Assembly (NCBI GenBank): GCA_965200315.1
Contig: OZ241362.1
Location: forward strand, 1,216,001-1,280,000
Reading direction: 5' to 3'
Length of the DNA: 64,000 bases
DNA from: Candidatus Latescibacterota bacterium
GTDB taxonomy: Bacteria; Latescibacterota; UBA2968; UBA8231
The notes under the pieces are model-generated. The model ran no database searches, was not told the origin of the DNA, and saw nothing but the letters and a program-made list of their open reading frames with translations. Below are positions 37,119 to 45,691 of this stretch, piece after piece; position 1 is the first letter of the stretch, and each line of letters starts with the position of its first letter. The position numbers were made by a program, and so were the translations under genes.

Positions 37119-38509
37119 GCGAATTCGCGCCGCTGGCCATGTTCCTCTGCACCTTCGCGGTGCTGCTCTCCGGCTTCCCAGTGGCCTTTTGCCTCGCGGG
37201 TACGGCCCTCGGCTTTGCCGGCCTCGGCGTCCTCACCGGCCACTTTGACGCGGCCTTTCTCTCGGCTTTGCCGGCCCGCATCTACGGCATCATGGCCAAC
37301 GAGACCCTGATGGCCGTGCCGCTGTTCGTCTTTATGGGGGTCGTGCTAGAGCGCTCAAAAATCGCCGAGGACCTGCTCGAAACCATGGCCCAACTCTGCG
37401 GCAGCTTGTGCGGGGGGCTGGGGATTTCGGTCTGCCTCGTCGGCGGCCTGTTGGCCGCTTCCACCGGCATCGTCGGCGCGACGGTCGTCACCATGGGGCT
37501 TATTTCGCTGCCGGCCATGCTCAAACGCGCATACTCCCCAGCGGTTGCCACGGGCATCATCTGCGCTTCGGGGACGCTCGGTCAGATCATTCCGCCCAGC
37601 ATTGTGCTCGTCATCCTCGGCGACGTGGTCTCCTCGGCGCACCAGCAGGCCCAGCTCAAAATGGGCAATTTCGCCCCGATCTCGGTGTCAGTCGGCGACC
37701 TCTTTATGGGCGCACTCGTGCCCGGCTGCGTACTGATGGGCCTCTACATCCTCTATATAGTCGGCCTCGGCCTCCTCAAGCCATCCACCATGCCAGCCGT
37801 GCCAGCCGCACAGCGCGCACAGATTCTCAGCGCGGCCTTCCTCGGGCGTCTCGGCGCAGCGCTCGTGCCGCCCCTAGTCCTCATCTGCGGGGTGCTCGGC
37901 TCCATTCTCTTCGGAGTGGCTACGCCGACCGAGGCGGCTTCGGTTGGCGCGGTGGGTGCCATGCTCTTGTCGCTGGCCAAAGGACATTTCAATCGCGCCA
38001 TGCTCAAAGAAGTCATGCGCACCACCACCACAATCAACGCCATGGTCTTTACCATCCTCATCGGCGCAAGCGTGTTTTCGCTGGTCTTTCGCGGCTACGG
38101 GGGCGACGAAGCGGTTGAGAGCTTTCTGACCCATGAGGCGACCGGCGGCGTGGTCGGCTCTTTCGCGCTGGTGATGGCCGTGATGTTTTTGCTCGGCTTC
38201 TTTCTCGACTTCTTCGAGATCATCTTCGTCGTCGTCCCCATCGTCGGCCCGATCCTCCTCGCGATGGGCTTGGATCCCGTGTGGTTGGGCGTGATGATCG
38301 CCCTGAACTTGCAGACCTCTTTTCTCACGCCCCCGTTTGGCTTCTCGCTCTTTTACCTGCGCGGCGTCGCCCCTCCTCAGATTAGCACGCCGCAGATCTA
38401 CCGAGGAGCTGTGCCCTTTATCGCCATTCAGGTGCTGCTGTTAGTGGGGCTGTGGTTCGTGCCGGAGCTGGCAACTGAACTGCCGGCGCACGTGTTTGGA
38501 CGAGGGTAG
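37115..38509 (+). CDS. dctM: TRAP transporter large permease
   Basis: AVPLFVFMG, GTLGQIIPPS, QTSFLTPPFG; the ATG at 37115 overlaps the dctQ stop. Confidence 0.92.
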   Translation: MSEFAPLAMFLCTFAVLLSGFPVAFCLAGTALGFAGLGVLTGHFDAAFLSALPARIYGIMANETLMAVPLFVFMGVVLERSKIAEDLLETMAQLCGSLCGGLGISVCLVGGLLAASTGIVGATVVTMGLISLPAMLKRAYSPAVATGIICASGTLGQIIPPSIVLVILGDVVSSAHQQAQLKMGNFAPISVSVGDLFMGALVPGCVLMGLYILYIVGLGLLKPSTMPAVPAAQRAQILSAAFLGRLGAALVPPLVLICGVLGSILFGVATPTEAASVGAVGAMLLSLAKGHFNRAMLKEVMRTTTTINAMVFTILIGASVFSLVFRGYGGDEAVESFLTHEATGGVVGSFALVMAVMFLLGFFLDFFEIIFVVVPIVGPILLAMGLDPVWLGVMIALNLQTSFLTPPFGFSLFYLRGVAPPQISTPQIYRGAVPFIAIQVLLLVGLWFVPELATELPAHVFGRG

Positions 38510-38585
38510 ATTAGGGCTTGCAGGCGATGTTGATGCCCAAGAGTAGTATCAAGGTGTTTGCTGGGATTTGCATCGCCAGCATCAG

Positions 38586-38688
38586 CGACCATCTGGTCGA
38601 ATTTTTGGCTTTAGTCTAATGAATCATATATGGCACAAAAACAGTATGTTATGGAATTTTGACAATGCGCCCGTCGACCAAATGGTCG
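38586..38688. promoter_or_regulatory. Two palindromic operator-like boxes CGACCA-NN-TGGTCG flanking a degenerate sigma-54-like site
   Basis: Boxes at 38586-38599 and 38675-38688, both followed by AATT; TGGCAC at 38631 has GT rather than GC at -12. Confidence 0.5.
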
Positions 38689-38757
38689 AATTCGCCGCCC
38701 TGAGCTCCGCGGCACTTTTACACAACGAGAGGTTTTCGCCCTCTGTAAGACGACATT

Positions 38758-39160
38758 TTGCAAAGAAAATGCTCCAACGTGGCACAGAATTTCAACGGCG
38801 ATGGCGTAAACGACATCACCGGCGAAAAGTACGGCCCGCACGGGCTCAAGGGCTATCGCTTTGGCCGCATCTTTGAAGAGCGCCGGCACCGGGTCAAGCA
38901 ATTCCGCGACGCCGATGGCGACGGCATGCACGACCCGCTCAAGCGGCTGCACCAGCGGCTGAGCACTCTAAAACGGCGGATGGATTTTTTCCTCGACGAG
39001 GACGGCGACGGCATTGACGACGCCCGCCTTTTGCGCCGCCTCTTGCGGCATCCGGACGAGCGCGTGCACGACCTCGCCAAAAAACGCCTCCAGCGCCGTC
39101 GCGTACCCCTAGAGCTAAAAAAGGCGAGCACAAAAAGCGCAAAATCCAAAAGGAGCATAA
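38758..39160 (+). pseudogene. Remnant of a protein with DxDGDG (EF-hand-like) repeats
   Basis: NFNGDGVND, DADGDGMHD, DEDGDGIDD; no convincing start; the frame runs on into the next gene. Confidence 0.5.
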
Positions 39161-39739
39161 ATGAGGTCCCTACTGGCCTGTCTAGTCGCGCTGATTTCCA
39201 CAGCCGACGCCCAAGTCGCCCTCAACGCCGATCTGTACACTACCTATACGGACAATGTTTTTCTCACGGCCAGCCAGCGCAGCGATCTGATCCAGTCAGC
39301 CTATATCGACTTCGACTACCAACTCGACGCCGACTTGAGCTTGTACTACGCGGGCAACGCCAACGTATTCAGCGAAAACGCCGAGCTTTTCAACCATTTG
39401 CACAGCTTGGGCGCGGCGGGTCTGTTCTTTGCCGGTGCCGCACTGAGCCTGCGCTTGGACCGCCCGCTCTACAACTACCACGACTTTGCCGCTGGCCGGG
39501 CCTTTGCCAGCTTTGAGCCGTATCTACACTCAGCGCTGATCTGCCGCCTAGACTACACCCTCAACTACCAAAACTTTCTCAACGCCACCGACTACAACTA
39601 CCGAGAACAGCATCTCAACGCCGAGCTAACCCACCACCTGCCTACCCGCACCACCTTACTGCTAAACGGCGAGCTGGGCCTTAAGTCCTACCTACAAGAA
39701 ACCACCCAGCCCAGCCGCAACCCGCTTATATGGACTTGA
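39161..39739 (+). pseudogene. Truncated secreted/outer-membrane beta-barrel protein
   Basis: AAGGAG RBS, signal peptide, YTDNVF and Tyr-rich beta strands; ends abruptly with no terminal aromatic strand. Confidence 0.55.
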
Positions 39740-40007
39740 TCGAGGGCGTTGTCTAGCAGCCGTTCCCCGCCCAACTCTTCCATGTCGCCTTCGGCGCGGA
39801 GCACATTCTCCTCGGCGCGAGAAACCGCTTCGGCCAGCGACCGCCCCCCGCGTTCGAGGGTCCCAAGGTCGATTGCTGCGACTGCCGCAGGCCGTAGAGC
39901 GCAAAAGCCCCCAACACCAAGGCCAGCACCACAAATAGCAACGCCAGATAACCCGGCCGGAGCGCTGCTAACTTCCGCGCCGGGAATCGCCGCTTAGGCT
40001 CGGCCAT
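39740..40007 (-). pseudogene. Frameshifted N-terminal remnant of a membrane sensor (probable histidine kinase)
   Basis: MAEPKRR...TM helix, then after a frameshift TLERGGRSLAEAVSRAEENVLRAEGDMEELGGERLLDNA, then truncation. Confidence 0.5.
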
Positions 40008-40110
40008 CCCGTCTTCTGTACTCCTCGGCTTGTGAAGTGGAAACGCCACCGCAGGGGATGGCTCGCCGCACTTCTTACTATCTGCGAGGCCAAGTGGGTA
40101 GCCCGCTAGC

Positions 40111-42210
40111 TCAGAGACGCTCTTGGTCCAATTCCCTCGCCATAGTCAGCATCCCGACGTAGGCGTCGTAGCGATCCTGAATGTTGCCCACGTAATGCAC
40201 GGGCTGGCCACAGCGACAAAAGCCGTAGCGCGCCCACTTGTGGTACGCCGGCTTGGCCAGCAGCCGCATCGCCTGTTCCACGTGCCCAAACCAGCGGTCG
40301 GGATTCCATCCTTTCTCGCGGGCTAGGCGGCGTGCATCGAGCACGTGCCCGTACCCGACATTGTAGGCGGCCAGCGCAAGACGCACCCGTTCATCCATGG
40401 GGATTTTCGCATCGAAGCGGTTGACTAGTTGGGACATGTACTTCACCCCCGCGTGGATATTCTCTTCGGGATCGTGCAGATCGGTAAATCCCAACTCGCG
40501 CCCGGTAATCGGCATTATTTGCATCAGCCCGCGCGCGCCGGCCCAGCTCGTGGCCTGTGGATCGAATTTGGACTCTTGGTATATCTGCGCGGTAATCAAC
40601 CGCCAGTCTTGGCCGTACTGGCGAGCGTATTTTTTCACCAACTCGTCATAAGGCGACAGGCGGCCGCTCAAATCGACCCGCAGCGAATCCTTGGCCTTGG
40701 CGATGGTGCGCTTGTTTTTGAAATACCGCTTCTTCATCATGTTAAAAAACAAGCCGCCTTTTTCCTCTTGTACATACTGATTGAGCGCGGCGAGCAAGGC
40801 CGGGTTGTCCTTGCGTACCGCCCACCCCAAAACCGTCGGCTTGATGCTGAAGGCCACCTTGAGTTGGCGTCCGTACGCGAGTTCCACATCGAGGAGATTG
40901 GAATCGCACAGCGTAATGTCGTAGCGCCCTTCCTCGACAGCGGCGAGGATGTCTTCGGTCTCAAAGGAGTCAGGCAATAAGGCGACCTGCAAATTCTCTA
41001 TGGAATCCTTTACAGCCATCAGGGTTGTGTAAAAAGAAGAGCTTTGGCGCACATGGACCGTGCGCCCGGCCAAATCTTGGAGGCCGGTAATCGAGTTATC
41101 ATCCGCCCGCACTACCACTAGTTCGTCCACTTCGTTATAGGGCCGGGTAAACGCCGCCTGCGCCCGTCGTTCCTCGGTAATGGTCATGGCCGCGGCCACG
41201 ATGTCGCCTCTGCCTTCGTTCAAATACGTCAGCAGATCGGCGTGGCTGTCCGGGATGACAATATCGAGCCGCAAATCGTGCCGGGCCGCAAATTCCTTTA
41301 TAAGCTCGTGTTCAAAGCCCACCTGCCGCCCGCGATGTATGAAGTAGGTCATCGCGTTATTGCGGGTGATCATGCGCAGCCGCCGCCGCGCTTTTAATCC
41401 GGGCAGGTCGTCGGTAAAAGCCTGCTGGGACTGGCGCGTAAACTGCTGGGCGAGCAGATATTCATCAACCTCAGTCTTGAGCTGCACATCGTCGGGCCGC
41501 ATCATCAAGGCAATCGGGCGGTTTTCGGCCAGCACCAACGGCGTAGCCATGCTGTCGTAGTAGCTTGCCACCGCTTGCCACAAGTGCTCGTCGGCTACGG
41601 TCGCTTGGTACTCGCCGCGCACGATGCCTTCAATGAGGTACTCAAGGCCGAGTTTTTCCGACGCGGCGTGGATGTGCAACGACGGCACCTGTTGCTGAAT
41701 ATCCAACAGGGTTTGGTAGTGCGAGCTAGAGTGCCGGACGCCGATTTTCATACCAGCCAAGTCCTCAAGCGCCGCCGGCAGGCTGTCGCTGGCCGCTGTA
41801 ATCAGGTACTCATCCACGTAGAGATACGGCACGGAAAACGCCGCTTGCTGCTGCCGCGCTGGCGTAATCGTCAGGCTAGCAGCGACGATGTCGCCTTCGC
41901 CTTCGAGCAGTTTCTGTACCATCTGGGTATAACTTTCGACCTTTACCAGCACCAGTTCCAGCTTGAACGCATCGGCCAAGCCACGGGCGAGGTCGTAGTT
42001 GATCGTCACGGGTTCCGCGTCTTTGGGTAGATGGTCAATCGGCTCTGGGGGGACGATGACTCGCAACTTGCCGTGAGATTGCAATACCGGCAGATCGCCA
42101 CTGTATTTGGGCACCGCCGGGGCCGGCTTTGGCGTCGCCGGTTGGCCGCATTGAGCCAAGATAGAAAGGGCCATAAGCCCTGTGGGAAGAAGCGTTCGGA
42201 TGCTAGACAA
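40111..42210 (-). CDS. mltF: MltF-like lytic transglycosylase lipoprotein with two SBP_bac_3 domains
   Basis: Lipobox LAQC after TTG at 42210 (GGAGG RBS); duplicated binding domain; SLT motifs YQES, GLMQ, AYNVG. Confidence 0.85.
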   Translation of the reverse strand: MSSIRTLLPTGLMALSILAQCGQPATPKPAPAVPKYSGDLPVLQSHGKLRVIVPPEPIDHLPKDAEPVTINYDLARGLADAFKLELVLVKVESYTQMVQKLLEGEGDIVAASLTITPARQQQAAFSVPYLYVDEYLITAASDSLPAALEDLAGMKIGVRHSSSHYQTLLDIQQQVPSLHIHAASEKLGLEYLIEGIVRGEYQATVADEHLWQAVASYYDSMATPLVLAENRPIALMMRPDDVQLKTEVDEYLLAQQFTRQSQQAFTDDLPGLKARRRLRMITRNNAMTYFIHRGRQVGFEHELIKEFAARHDLRLDIVIPDSHADLLTYLNEGRGDIVAAAMTITEERRAQAAFTRPYNEVDELVVVRADDNSITGLQDLAGRTVHVRQSSSFYTTLMAVKDSIENLQVALLPDSFETEDILAAVEEGRYDITLCDSNLLDVELAYGRQLKVAFSIKPTVLGWAVRKDNPALLAALNQYVQEEKGGLFFNMMKKRYFKNKRTIAKAKDSLRVDLSGRLSPYDELVKKYARQYGQDWRLITAQIYQESKFDPQATSWAGARGLMQIMPITGRELGFTDLHDPEENIHAGVKYMSQLVNRFDAKIPMDERVRLALAAYNVGYGHVLDARRLAREKGWNPDRWFGHVEQAMRLLAKPAYHKWARYGFCRCGQPVHYVGNIQDRYDAYVGMLTMARELDQERL

Positions 42211-42533
42211 CGCGACGCACCTCCTTTGAAATAGGCACACGCCCCTGCCGGGACATTCTTTGCGCTGATGTGTATCAGCACCAACTCCCTTATTGGACGC
42301 TTGCTCAAGATGTGGTATTCCCGAGGGGTGTTCATTGCCTCCAATACGCTCGGCTGAATTGCTCCAGCACTTTCCTCGGCACTCACTAGCTGAGCCTTGC
42401 CAATGTAGAAATGGTCGGCGTTTTTCGTCAAGCCGAAACGCCCCCCCTGCACGGCTTGACGCTGCTCCCCCCAAGGCCCTTTATACTGCTGCACTTGCTT
42501 CCACTGTGGCCCGCTCAAGGAGGTTCCATCGTC

Positions 42534-43553
42534 GTGCTGACCCATGAACTCACCGTCGTCGAGCCGGGGCAGATCGAGGTAGTCCAGACCGAGCTCGACG
42601 ACCGCCTGCACCCCCATGAGGTATTGATAGAGACCGAATACTCCATCGTCAGTGCCGGCACCGAAGGCGCGGGCTTTACCGGCTTGGTCAAGCAGATGCC
42701 TTTTGGCGACGCCGGCCAGTATCCCCGCCACACCGGCTACGGCAACCTCGGCCAAGTGCTGAGAGTCGGCGCGGCGGTCTCCGGCGTACGAGCGGGCGAC
42801 CGCGTACTCTCCTTTGCCCGCCACGCTTCCATCGTCAAGGCGGATGCACAGCGCCTCGTGCTGCCCGTATCTCGTGAAGCTCCCGGCCAGCACCTCGTGT
42901 TTACGCGCATGGCCGGCGTCAGCATCTCCGCCTTGCGCTCTTCAAGCGTCCAGCCCGGCGACACCGTGCTGGTGGTCGGCGGCGGGCTGGTGGGCAACTT
43001 CGCCGCCCAACTCTTCCGCTTGGCCGGTGCCGACGTCATGCTCGCAGACTTGTCCGAGCTGCGCCTGCGGCAGGCCCAAGCCTGCGGCATCGAGCACGCG
43101 GTCAATCCCGGCCGCGACGAGCTAAAATCAGTAGTGAGCGACTGGACCGGCGGCGCGGGTGCTCGCATCGGCGTCGAGGCCATTGGCATCAGCGAAGTCA
43201 TCGCCCAGACCGCGATGTGCATTGCCCGCCACGGCGAACTCATTCTCTTAGGCAGTCCGCGTGCCCCCGCCCACTTTGACGTGACGCCCATGCTGCTGCA
43301 CATCCACCTAGAGGCGATCCGCATGATCGGTGCCCTCGAGTGGCGCTGGCCGCAGCACGCCACCGAGCGCTGCCGCGATCTCGACGCCAATTACCGCCAA
43401 ATCGCCGCGTGGATCGCCAGCGGCCAGCTCGTCGTCGAGCCCCTGCTCACCCACCTAGCGTCCCCGGCAGACTGCCAACAGATGTACGAAGGGCTTACCG
43501 CTAATAAAGAGGAATACTTAGGCGCGGTCTTCGACTGGTCGCGCTTGAGTTAG
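42534..43553 (+). CDS. MDR (zinc-binding alcohol dehydrogenase-like) oxidoreductase
   Basis: SIVSAGTE, GY.N.G, VGGGLVG; AAGGAGG RBS before GTG 42534. Confidence 0.85.
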   Translation: MLTHELTVVEPGQIEVVQTELDDRLHPHEVLIETEYSIVSAGTEGAGFTGLVKQMPFGDAGQYPRHTGYGNLGQVLRVGAAVSGVRAGDRVLSFARHASIVKADAQRLVLPVSREAPGQHLVFTRMAGVSISALRSSSVQPGDTVLVVGGGLVGNFAAQLFRLAGADVMLADLSELRLRQAQACGIEHAVNPGRDELKSVVSDWTGGAGARIGVEAIGISEVIAQTAMCIARHGELILLGSPRAPAHFDVTPMLLHIHLEAIRMIGALEWRWPQHATERCRDLDANYRQIAAWIASGQLVVEPLLTHLASPADCQQMYEGLTANKEEYLGAVFDWSRLS

Positions 43554-43557
43554 TTCC

Positions 43558-45048
43558 ATGTCAACTCACTATCTCGCGCTGGACATCGGCTCGACGACCG
43601 TCGTCGCCCTCGTCATCGACCTCGACACCAACGCGGTCGTCGGCACCGCCAGCACGGCCAATTTGTCCGAAGTAACTTCCTCAGCAGACAAGCGAATCAG
43701 CCGCTCGGAGTGGGACCTCGACGCAATGACTGAGCTAGCTATCGGCAACGCGGCCGCGCTCGTGGCCCGCACCAACGCCCGGCCAGCAGCCATCGGCGTC
43801 ACCGGGCAGCAACAGGGCCTTCAGCTTCTCGACGCTGCGCTCAATACCGTAGGTCCTTATTTCTCTTGGCAAGACCAGCGCGCCCAAGCCCCCCTACCGG
43901 GCCAGCAGCATACCTACTTAGACGTTATGGCCCGGCTCGGGGGTGCCACGGCCGCCGGGGGCGAGCTGCCCGCCTTTGCCAACACCGGCTGCCCTCTCGT
44001 AGCGGGCCACGCGGCACCGCACCTGTTTTGGCTGCAAGCCAATAATCAGCTTCCCAGCGGCACAAGCGGCACCACGGCCCCTGAGTTTGTGGTGTCGCGG
44101 CTGGTGGGCAAACGACCGGTTGTCGATCCTACGGACGCGCTCGGCTGGGGCGTTTATGACGTGCCCAAGCGCGCTTGGGCGGACGAGCTTATCGCCGCGC
44201 TCGGCCTGAGCCCGTCGCTGTTTCCCGCGCTCGCCGAATCCTGTACCCTAGCCGGTCCCCTGACCGCGGCGATGGCCCAAAAGCTCGGCGTACCAGCGGG
44301 CCTGCCCGTCGCCGTGGCGTCCGGCGATCACCAGTGTAGCTTTGCTGGCACAGTCGCCGATTACGCCAACACCGTAGCCGTCAATGTCGGCACCGGCGGG
44401 CAAGCCGCCCTGCACATCGAAGCTCCACTGCCGCACGGCTCGCTCGAACTCCGTCCCTATATCCAGCGCGGCTATCTGCTGGCCGGCGTGGGAGCTGTCG
44501 GTGGACGCACGTTCAGGACGCTGCGCGACTTCTTCGCCGACGCCCTGTACGCCCTCGCCGGGATCCAACCCGACCGCGAGGCCCTCTACGAGCGGCTCGT
44601 AGCATTAGCCGCCAAGGTGCCCGCCGGGGCCGAGGGCGTGTGCGCCGACCCGCTGTTTGCCGGGTCGCGCCGCAGGCCCCGCGCCAAAGCCGCCTTCCGC
44701 GAGTTGACCGCTGCAACGCTGACGGCCGGGCATCTAACGCGCGCACTGTTGGAAGGCATGGCCGTCGAACTAGCCGACTCGTACCGCGAGGCCATCCAAC
44801 TGGGCGGCGGCGCACGTTCCAAGCTGGTTGGCTCAGGCAACGGCATCAAGCTAAATCCCGTGCTGCGGGCAGCATTGGAAGCCGAGTTCGCCATGCCGCT
44901 GCACGTGGGCCCGCATGGCGAAGAAGCGGCCGTCGGTGCCGCGCTGTGTGCCGCGGTGGCCGATGGCGCGTTTGGCTCCATTGCCGAGGCCAGTGCAGCG
45001 TTTGCCAGTGGTCCCCCTTCCACGTCGGCAGTGTCAAGCGTCAAATGA
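43558..45048 (+). CDS. FGGY-family carbohydrate kinase (sedoheptulokinase-like)
   Basis: LDIGSTT, IGVTGQQQG, SWQDQR, GDHQCS, NVGTGGQ, GSGNG. Confidence 0.87.
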   Translation: MSTHYLALDIGSTTVVALVIDLDTNAVVGTASTANLSEVTSSADKRISRSEWDLDAMTELAIGNAAALVARTNARPAAIGVTGQQQGLQLLDAALNTVGPYFSWQDQRAQAPLPGQQHTYLDVMARLGGATAAGGELPAFANTGCPLVAGHAAPHLFWLQANNQLPSGTSGTTAPEFVVSRLVGKRPVVDPTDALGWGVYDVPKRAWADELIAALGLSPSLFPALAESCTLAGPLTAAMAQKLGVPAGLPVAVASGDHQCSFAGTVADYANTVAVNVGTGGQAALHIEAPLPHGSLELRPYIQRGYLLAGVGAVGGRTFRTLRDFFADALYALAGIQPDREALYERLVALAAKVPAGAEGVCADPLFAGSRRRPRAKAAFRELTAATLTAGHLTRALLEGMAVELADSYREAIQLGGGARSKLVGSGNGIKLNPVLRAALEAEFAMPLHVGPHGEEAAVGAALCAAVADGAFGSIAEASAAFASGPPSTSAVSSVK

Positions 45049-45103
45049 GATTTTCTGATGGTCTGGCACTATCCCCTTATACAAGAGCGAAATTATATGA
45101 TGT

Positions 45104-45367
45104 ATGTCTCGACCAAGAAGACCATACCGTCCTTTGCGGGCCGAAGACCTGCCTGAGCGTTTTCGTCCTCTCAAGAACTGGCATGGAGAAATGGTCGTGG
45201 TGGAGTACGGACCCTATAAAGGTCGGAGAGGCTATCCCGATGAACAGGGCAATATATGGGTGCCCACACGCCCGGGTGAATCGCACGAATCGCACGGAGG
45301 TCCTCACTTCGACGTCCAGTTGGACGGAGGACGTGCCGGCTATATCAATGTCTATCCAGACAAATAA
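45104..45367 (+). CDS. Stand-alone polymorphic-toxin-type (Ntox37-like) domain protein
   Basis: F.P.KNW.G...G.PD..GN.WVPT...HGGPHFDVQ...GYINVYP pattern, recognised from memory. Confidence 0.68.
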   Translation: MSRPRRPYRPLRAEDLPERFRPLKNWHGEMVVVEYGPYKGRRGYPDEQGNIWVPTRPGESHESHGGPHFDVQLDGGRAGYINVYPDK

Positions 45368-45381
45368 AAAACGAGGATAAC

Positions 45382-45648
45382 ATGAAACATATCGAGATTG
45401 TCGATGGGGCCCTGAATAGTCGCTTTGAGCTATACGCTGTGACCGATCGGATCTTTGATTTGCTATTCCCTGAAGAAGAGGACGAGATATACCTCGAAGA
45501 TCTGAGCAAAGAGCTGCAAGAGAATGCAGCGTTCTGGGACCAAGTTTATGCTCGAGAAGTGGATCGACGTACCGTTAAGGGAATCCACGGCATCCTCCAT
45601 ACGCATCCCAAAGCGAAAATCTCCATTCTAGAACAAACCGCTAGCTGA
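45382..45648 (+). CDS. Small acidic protein, putative immunity/antitoxin
   Basis: GAGG RBS; 14 bp downstream of the toxin-like ORF; MKHIEIVDGALNS...GIHGIL. Confidence 0.6.
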   Translation: MKHIEIVDGALNSRFELYAVTDRIFDLLFPEEEDEIYLEDLSKELQENAAFWDQVYAREVDRRTVKGIHGILHTHPKAKISILEQTAS

Positions 45649-45691
45649 AGTGGATAAATCGGCTATGGACCAATCAAAACAGGAGTCATCA

